Shown: one piece after another, positions 56,373 through 64,000 of the stretch
Layout: each line of letters opens with the position of its first letter
Position numbering within the stretch: position 1 is the first letter of the stretch
Origin: an uncultured virus (IMG/VR IMGVR_UViG_3300035181_001618)
Taxonomy: Duplodnaviria > Heunggongvirae > Uroviricota > Caudoviricetes
Length of the DNA stretch: 64,000 nucleotides
Virus record (IMG/VR): IMGVR_UViG_3300035181_001618
Span: 62,001-126,000 of that record
Strand: one strand, 5' to 3'
Notes under the pieces: model-generated
Seen by the model: the letters and a program-made list of their open reading frames with translations, nothing else
What the model was told of the DNA's origin: nothing
Database searches by the model: none
Program-made: the position numbers and the translations under genes

Positions 56373-56803
56373 TTAAGGTGCTACAGTCTTGTAGGGGTGG
56401 CTGGGAGCGAGCTCTGCAGGCCCCACTGCCAAGCAAGGTAGCCTTCAAGCTTCCTGCGTGCTACGTCGTTAAGGGCCGCGTTTAGAACATAGCCGCTTCG
56501 GCGTAATCCCCTAAAGCGCTCGCGCTAGATTCGTAACTGTTGCGTTGCTGTGACAGAGCGACCGTATCCTGACGAGTCTGAGATCAGCACAGATTGGAAA
56601 TTCAAGCTTGCTGTGTTAAACTTGAAATCGCTCGTGGTTAATGCGACATTGCCTATAACTGATTCAGGTGCGAGGGCATTAGGCCCAGGTCGTTGCCGTA
56701 TCTGCGCCGTTTGCGTGAAGCAATAGAAGCACTTGGCTATAGAACGGGTCTCCGTTCAGCGCTTGGCGCCCTAAAGCCGAAGAGAGCAGTGCTGTAAGAG
56801 CAT
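56373..56803 (-). pseudogene. decayed ConA/LamG-like tail-associated gene(s)
   Basis: fragments GDPFYSQVLLLLHANG, GNVALTTSDFKFNTASL, RKLEGYLAWQWGLQSSL and HPYKTVAP in different frames. Confidence 0.65.
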
Positions 56804-56804
56804 A

Positions 56805-57962
<1,158 letters not shown>

Positions 57963-57965
57963 GAG

Positions 57966-59741
57966 TTATTCCAAGATGCGGATGTCGCCTAGCTCCGTCT
58001 CGCGGTTGTCGCCTGTTTCGGTGATCAAGTACACATACGGCGCAGCAGGAGCTGTAGCCCCGCCTGCAGTGATTGTGTAGCCAGAATACACTTCGGTGTC
58101 ATAGATCGTCGTGGTCGAACCGCTCGAACCTGCCATCTGAATGATGTTAAGCCGTTCGCGCATGCCAAGTTGCAGCCGAGGGTTAAGCTGCTTAGCTTGC
58201 TCGATGCGAAGCTCAACAAACGTGCCTTGCGGAGGCACGTCAAAGAGCTGGAAGATGTACTGTGGCTGACCGTTAATTTCACGCTGTTTCAGCTCACCCA
58301 CCGCAATGAACTGCACAGGAGCGTGCAGCGGTGGCAGCGGGTCATACGGCTGACCCAGCTTTGTCTTGATAGCAGGGTCTGGCCAGATGTCAGCTTCGTC
58401 AGCAGGTCGGTCATACTCTTCGTCGTCATACAGCGACATGTCGAAGGCGACATAGCTGCCTACGCCATGAGTTAGGTAGTACTCGACCCAAGGGGCCCGA
58501 AGCGTAAAGCTAATGTAGCCGTTTGAGTACGGCTCGTTGACATACACGTACTCGATCGGGCCTACTGTAGGTGTTTGACGTTGAACAGCAAGGGTGAACA
58601 AGTTGGCGGCTGTCAGCTTCCATGACATGCCGTCGGGCGCGGCGGATGAAACAACAAGCTCCTGCAAGATCGCTTTACGAACACCTAGCTCCGACGTGTG
58701 GAAGCTAACCGCACGGCGACCGGGCGCAGCGTTTGAGACCGTGAGGGTAAAGTAGTCGGGGTTGCTGCCTTCATAGATGAACGGCGCCGCTTTCGCGATG
58801 TACATGCGGTCGGCGTTCATCAAGTTGATGTCGATCTTCGCCGACGAGCTTGGATGCTGCCCAGCGAGGAACTGGATGTAGTTTCGATCCGGACCTGTTA
58901 CCCATTCAGCGTTGTTCCCAAAGTCCTTGGGGATGTTGTTTACGCGTACATGAGCGGCATTGTGCCATGGCACAGCATAGCGCCCTGTGTTGCTGACAGC
59001 CCAAACTTCAAAGCCCTGCTTATAGATGTAGGCTGTTGCGACCGACGCGTCCGAGAATGGCAGCAGAGTACCGTTGACTGGGAAGAAGCCTTGACTATAA
59101 GTGCCTGAGATGGTCACGTTGAACGTGCCGCCCTGTGCATCGATGACGGTTGTTGGGCCGTTCGCCATCCTAAGCTCAACCGCTCCGAGCGGGATGCCGG
59201 TGACTGTTGCATAGCCTGTGGCGATTCCACCTGTTACGGTAGCTGTATACGTGCTAGCTGTTGCGCTCGTAACCGTCACATTGAGCGATGTCAAGGCTAA
59301 GCGAACCGGGATGAAGTCAGCACCTGACTGGTGCGAGCTTGACGCTTGGCCCGCCCATGGGTAGCCCGCGTTAGGAACGCCGTCACCGTTCGTGTCTGTC
59401 AAATTTGACAAGGCTTGGTCATCGCCTAATGGTGACTGACCGTAATTGAGCGAGTCAGTGACGCTGAAGCGCGGCATGACTGTCGGCGGCACTACAAAAG
59501 TCTGGCTTTCGCTTGTGCCGTCAGAGACCAGTGAAAGCGACGGGATGTCCCGAGCGGTCCACACGTTTTGGTGGTGAACTGTGTGATGCGGCTGGCTGTC
59601 AACAAGGGTCAGGTCAAGCGAATCGCTGAAGCTGAGCTCGGATGTAAAGCCGAGCAGCTTCGTGTGGTACGGCTTGATGTCGAGAATGTACTTGACAAGC
59701 GAGCTGACCCGCTTGTCAAGGCTGTTGTTGCTGATCGCCAT
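57966..59741 (-). CDS. baseplate/virion structural protein
   Basis: YILDIKPYHTK motif. Confidence 0.65.
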   Translation of the reverse strand: MAISNNSLDKRVSSLVKYILDIKPYHTKLLGFTSELSFSDSLDLTLVDSQPHHTVHHQNVWTARDIPSLSLVSDGTSESQTFVVPPTVMPRFSVTDSLNYGQSPLGDDQALSNLTDTNGDGVPNAGYPWAGQASSSHQSGADFIPVRLALTSLNVTVTSATASTYTATVTGGIATGYATVTGIPLGAVELRMANGPTTVIDAQGGTFNVTISGTYSQGFFPVNGTLLPFSDASVATAYIYKQGFEVWAVSNTGRYAVPWHNAAHVRVNNIPKDFGNNAEWVTGPDRNYIQFLAGQHPSSSAKIDINLMNADRMYIAKAAPFIYEGSNPDYFTLTVSNAAPGRRAVSFHTSELGVRKAILQELVVSSAAPDGMSWKLTAANLFTLAVQRQTPTVGPIEYVYVNEPYSNGYISFTLRAPWVEYYLTHGVGSYVAFDMSLYDDEEYDRPADEADIWPDPAIKTKLGQPYDPLPPLHAPVQFIAVGELKQREINGQPQYIFQLFDVPPQGTFVELRIEQAKQLNPRLQLGMRERLNIIQMAGSSGSTTTIYDTEVYSGYTITAGGATAPAAPYVYLITETGDNRETELGDIRILE

Positions 59742-59742
59742 G

Positions 59743-62700
59743 TTATCCTTCGACCACTACCGTGCGCACTTCGTCAAGCGTGATGAACGAGGTCTTGATG
59801 ATGTCTGCTAGCTCATATGAAGCCGACAGCGCATCTTCGAGCACCTCGAAGAACAGCTCATTGACGTTGCGCGTGTCCGCATAGTTCCAGAGGCTCGCCA
59901 TGAACTCCCGAATCGCGGTAGGTGTCGCTAAGTATGTATCCAGCATTGCGGAGTCATACCCAAAGAAGCTCACCGGTGACAGCTTGAACGAGCTGGTGAC
60001 CACGTCGTAGGTTACAACCTGCGTGTTAAGCAGGGCACCCTTGACGGTAGCAACAGCCGCGGCGCTGTCAGACAGCACTTGACCTTGCTTGAGGCCGATG
60101 CGCGACGTGGTGCCATTGCGCGAGTCGTACTCAGAGTACAACGCAAACGGCAGCATCTGGCCTGTAGCCGTTTGACCGCACATCGTGTCAACAAGCTTGT
60201 CCCAGAGATCCTTGGGGATTCGAGTTGGCTGGTTCCGACGAATGAGCTTCCACTCGGTGTGGGTCGGGCGCAAGGACATGTCGCGGTCATCGTCGCGCAT
60301 CGAGCCGTTCTCGGTGATCCGCAGCTTATACTGGTTGTCCTTCCGAACGAAGCGGGTCATGTTGACCACAGACAACAGCGCGTAACGGTTAGGGCGACCG
60401 TCAAGCTGGTTGAACCGCTTCATGACTTGAGGCACAGCGTAAGGACCTGGATGTTGAGCAAGTTGTTGAGCCGCCAGTTTAACGCTAAGCTTCTTACCTG
60501 CCGCAGCGGTCTCCTTGTTCTTGACCCAGTAGAAGTAGCTAGTCTTGCTGACACGGCCAAACTCGTTGCGTTCTTCAAGCTTTGAGTGCGGGGTGTCGAG
60601 CTTGTACTCGGTCAGCTTAGCAGGATCTACCGCGGTGCCTTCAAGCTGGAGCTTCAGCTCGTCACCTGTCGGCACCTTGAACGGCAGCTCGAACCGCAGC
60701 TTTGAGCCTTGGTCAATGTTCGACCGGCTAGGGTAGTACCCGTTAAGGCCCTTTGCTATCTGGTAGCCTCGCACTTGACGGACGCCGTTGATGTAAAATG
60801 CGAGACGCGCCGAGTCAGCGGCAGTCACGTTCAGGCTCAGGCTTTCAAGCACCTGCAAGTGCGTCTGTTCTCCCACGAAGTAGGTAGCTGTTGCGACCGT
60901 TGAGGTCAGACGCTTCCACGGGCTCCAGCGCTCGTCATAGGCTCGCACAGGCTGTGGGCTGTTTAGCTCGTCCTGAATGTCCGTCTTGATGTCATTGAGC
61001 TCAGTGCCAACGGCTGTGTAGTCGCCGACCATTGCGGCCCACGAGCCGAACGAATCGTCAAGGTCATCGGCTCCTAGGGTGTAGGTGGGCATGCTCCACG
61101 AGACCCAGCCGGTTGGGCCTGGGATTAGCGAGCCGTTAAGCGTTGTCACCTGCGGCTCGATGAGAACCCGAGCGGCAACTTGCTGACGAACAACGATGTC
61201 GTGAGCTGAATTGCCAAACTCAATGCCGACACGCGCAGCACGTTGCTCTTGCGTCAGCGTTCCTAAGCCGCCCCAGGCCTCGCTGTGACTGTACTTGGTC
61301 TTAGCCGTCAGCTTGATGCCGAGCAAGTCAAGGTTTAGCTCGACCAGCGTGGCTGACTTAGGCGGCGTGTCATCGACCAGCACGCGCTGAGTTTGACCGC
61401 TTGCAAACGTGACACGCACGTATGTTAGCGACCCAACCTGCTCATAGTCGATGACCACAGCGCCGTGAGGCAGAGAGGTTGAGGTCTCATAGATCTCAAA
61501 CTTGAAGTCCGTGAAGCTGGCTGTGGCGGCATATGTTGGCGAGCCAAGGGCGTTGGACGCTCCCGCAAGCTGGCTCACATCGCCGGTCAGCACTTCAATG
61601 CAGCCGTACGGCTTGAGCATCGTATTACGAGAGCCGTTGGTGTAGGTCATGCCGGCGATGCGCTCCAGCGCGCTAAACGCCGGCATCGCGCCGTCAAGAG
61701 CCAGCACGCTGTCTCCGAAGACTTCGAGCGTTGTGGTCTGCCGCTTCAGCGGAGCCTTAGGCGAAACCTGTGGGTTCTTTGAGTAGAGCCACACGACCGG
61801 GCGTTGATGCCAAGTGCGAGTCCTGCTAAGGTAGTTCTTGACCGCTAGCTCGCCTGTGCCTGTGTAAGACAGGGGTGGCACGTCGGACTCGATCCACTCA
61901 AACACGTCAATGCTCGCCCAGTCAGCAAGCGAACCCCACTGTGTCAGCCGGTCATTGTGGCTTGGGTAGAGCGCCACGTCGGAGTAGTTCATCCAGCCAG
62001 CGTTGGCGGTGTTCCACCAGACCTTGCCTACCTGCTCTCGACCCCAAGTACGAGAGCCGTCGGCTGTCAACGCCTTGTACTTGAGAGAGGTGACATTGTA
62101 GCGAGCAGGGTCATGACCTGCGGCGTAATCAACGGTTGCGTATGCCTGTGGGCTGTGAACGCCGCGAGCCGGGTCCCACCAGATGACATTGTTGTTGATC
62201 GGCGTGTCACGGCCGCCGTCATCACGATACAGCTGGCTCGGTGAGAATCTTGCTAGCGGAGGACCATAGGCGATGATCAGCAGCGGCCTGTTGAACAGCG
62301 CCGTGTCGGTGATCACTAGCTGGCCAGAGTTCACGCGATTGAACTTAGCGGTGCTATACTCAGGTGGGTTAGTGCCTGTGACATAATCGCCCGTTTCGCG
62401 GTAGACCTTCGAGCCGCTCTTCATGTAGGACGTGATGTCCAAGACCGGGGTCTGGTACACGTTTGCGCCGCTCGTTACGCCGATGTCTACGATCTCAAAT
62501 GCGTCAGCCAGCACCTCTCGGCCGTCAGCATCGCGCACAGTTAGCAGCTCAGAGCCGGTGACCTGCACCTGCATGGTTGCAACGATTTGCGCCTTCAGGT
62601 AGCTGATGGAGCCCAAGTCGCTAAAACTGTTCCAACGATCCTCATCGTCAGGCTTAATGATGATGCAGCCACGCGGATCGAGCAGGTCCATGTTAACAAT

Positions 62701-64000
62701 CTGCTCATGCGAGTACAGCGTGAACATGTCAAACGGGATCTGGTCGTAGATCGTCATGTCATAGCCGCCGATGGCAGCGAGCTCGTTGACATAGGCCAGC
62801 TCGTCGGCTTCGAGCAGCAGGTAGTTAGCGCGCTCGCTCACCATGTCATTGGTCCGAACATTCAGCTCGACCTTAACGGCGCGGCGCAGGTCACCGTACT
62901 CAGAGACCTTGTACGCCCAAAGCTCGTCGATCAGAGCCGAACGGAACAGCGAAGAGTTGACGAAGGAGCTGACGGCACGGTTGGTGCCCTTGCTCTTCAG
63001 CATGCCCCGCCAGAACTGCAGCTGCGTCGGCAGGGTGGTGCCAAGGTCTGAGTGATAGTCTTTGCGGTCAAAGCTGACCAGCGAGCTTGCACGGTCAAAC
63101 AGCTCTTCGCTCTTCAGCGCGCCGATGTCATAGAGGTTACCCAGCTGTTGAACGGAGCCCTCCATGTTGGTGCGCATCTTATTGCCCACCAAGTACTTGC
63201 CCCCATAGACCGGACGGCCTGTAGGCGTGGCTTGCTTGAAGCCTTCAAAGAACAGGCGCGAGACATGCTGATTGAGGAACGGCTCGTTAAGAAGCACGTC
63301 GCCGACCACATTTTCAAACACGATCACGTGCTCGAACACACTTGTCGCTACCATAGCGCCGGCCAACGGCACGTCGCTGGTGACCGATGCGTTGCCGTCA
63401 TCACGGAAGACGCGGAACGAACCCTTCGGAGCGCGTTGGCCGTCAACCGTGTACAAGCCTGGGATCAGGTTCTGCGCGCCTGGCTTAGACAGGTCAGAGA
63501 TATAGCCGTACTTAGCCTTGAACCAGAAGCGGCGCTCAAACGGCGCGAGCACAAAGGCCATGCCGTTGGTCGGACTGTTGAACTGTGCGTCAATCAGCTG
63601 TTCAACCAGGAGCTGCCAGCCGATCAAGCGGCCGTTTGTCGGGTCGATGACCGGGTCCTGCTCGTCATTGAAGACATAGCCGAGCTCAGCCAGCCGGTCA
63701 GCTACGCCGAAGATGAACGTGGTCAGAGCTTGCAGCCCCTTAACCATGAACGGGCCATAAACGGTACGAAGTGTGGTACGTTGGGTATAACGCTTCCACT
63801 CATCCAGGCTTCCCTTGCCTCCTAGAGCATAGAAGGTCTCGTAGGTAGCCGAGTCATACTCGTACCACTGTAGAGCCGGATGCTTCGGGTTGGTCAGGTC
63901 AACGCGGTAGACCCAGTCATCACCGCGAGAGCCCGTAGGGAGTTTTGCAGGGACGATCCGACCGTTGACGATCTGCGTGCTGCCTGCTTGCAGCAGGGTA
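59743..64000 (-). CDS. large baseplate-wedge-like protein (5' end outside the window)
   Basis: frame open to the window edge (more than 1400 aa); FWRGMLKSKGT, ELWAYK..YG, VGKVWW, YFYWVKN and KTS motifs. Confidence 0.75.
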   Translation of the reverse strand, partial: TLLQAGSTQIVNGRIVPAKLPTGSRGDDWVYRVDLTNPKHPALQWYEYDSATYETFYALGGKGSLDEWKRYTQRTTLRTVYGPFMVKGLQALTTFIFGVADRLAELGYVFNDEQDPVIDPTNGRLIGWQLLVEQLIDAQFNSPTNGMAFVLAPFERRFWFKAKYGYISDLSKPGAQNLIPGLYTVDGQRAPKGSFRVFRDDGNASVTSDVPLAGAMVATSVFEHVIVFENVVGDVLLNEPFLNQHVSRLFFEGFKQATPTGRPVYGGKYLVGNKMRTNMEGSVQQLGNLYDIGALKSEELFDRASSLVSFDRKDYHSDLGTTLPTQLQFWRGMLKSKGTNRAVSSFVNSSLFRSALIDELWAYKVSEYGDLRRAVKVELNVRTNDMVSERANYLLLEADELAYVNELAAIGGYDMTIYDQIPFDMFTLYSHEQIVNMDLLDPRGCIIIKPDDEDRWNSFSDLGSISYLKAQIVATMQVQVTGSELLTVRDADGREVLADAFEIVDIGVTSGANVYQTPVLDITSYMKSGSKVYRETGDYVTGTNPPEYSTAKFNRVNSGQLVITDTALFNRPLLIIAYGPPLARFSPSQLYRDDGGRDTPINNNVIWWDPARGVHSPQAYATVDYAAGHDPARYNVTSLKYKALTADGSRTWGREQVGKVWWNTANAGWMNYSDVALYPSHNDRLTQWGSLADWASIDVFEWIESDVPPLSYTGTGELAVKNYLSRTRTWHQRPVVWLYSKNPQVSPKAPLKRQTTTLEVFGDSVLALDGAMPAFSALERIAGMTYTNGSRNTMLKPYGCIEVLTGDVSQLAGASNALGSPTYAATASFTDFKFEIYETSTSLPHGAVVIDYEQVGSLTYVRVTFASGQTQRVLVDDTPPKSATLVELNLDLLGIKLTAKTKYSHSEAWGGLGTLTQEQRAARVGIEFGNSAHDIVVRQQVAARVLIEPQVTTLNGSLIPGPTGWVSWSMPTYTLGADDLDDSFGSWAAMVGDYTAVGTELNDIKTDIQDELNSPQPVRAYDERWSPWKRLTSTVATATYFVGEQTHLQVLESLSLNVTAADSARLAFYINGVRQVRGYQIAKGLNGYYPSRSNIDQGSKLRFELPFKVPTGDELKLQLEGTAVDPAKLTEYKLDTPHSKLEERNEFGRVSKTSYFYWVKNKETAAAGKKLSVKLAAQQLAQHPGPYAVPQVMKRFNQLDGRPNRYALLSVVNMTRFVRKDNQYKLRITENGSMRDDDRDMSLRPTHTEWKLIRRNQPTRIPKDLWDKLVDTMCGQTATGQMLPFALYSEYDSRNGTTSRIGLKQGQVLSDSAAAVATVKGALLNTQVVTYDVVTSSFKLSPVSFFGYDSAMLDTYLATPTAIREFMASLWNYADTRNVNELFFEVLEDALSASYELADIIKTSFITLDEVRTVVVEG

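Noticed and set aside
63747..64000. Start codon at 63747 or a frameshift upstream of it
   Set aside because: The same frame reads open to the window edge (...FYALGGKGSLDEWKR...), so the gene is simply truncated by the window

Overview
A 64-kb segment of a fairly GC-rich, T4-related jumbo myovirus genome. It carries: (i) a + strand early island of tRNA-repair, ribosome-rescue and counter-defence genes (metallophosphoesterase, CCA-adding enzyme, an unannotated ArfA, an ACP-like remnant, Thg1, a 2H phosphoesterase and a macrodomain); (ii) a RimK-RimB fusion and several probable internal head proteins; (iii) the replication module (gp41-like helicase, primase, 5'-3' exonuclease, gp45-like clamp, family-B polymerase, DsbA-like protein, DEDDh and PD-(D/E)XK nucleases), plus PhoH, ClpP-like and HslV-like genes; (iv) lysis genes (GH108 endolysin, holin, spanins, a signal-peptide SLT); (v) tail, baseplate and collagen genes; and (vi) five free-standing homing endonucleases, two of them decayed. 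The most unusual elements are a tightly coupled 9-gene tailoring operon (45.2-52.0 kb) led by a stand-alone cyanobactin/TOMM-type RRE-E1 protein, with two Asn-synthetase-like PP-loop enzymes, two desaturases, GNATs, a PhyH hydroxylase and a papain-like enzyme, sitting beside a Pro-rich fibre and a P4H-like gene; a roughly 300-nt highly structured RNA downstream of a late promoter (23.4-23.7 kb); a dispersed, partly decaying MKLxxLxE/LKLQQ paralog family; and a TAAATA late promoter whose spacing often implies leaderless mRNAs. All calls come from motif recognition by eye; no database searches were run.
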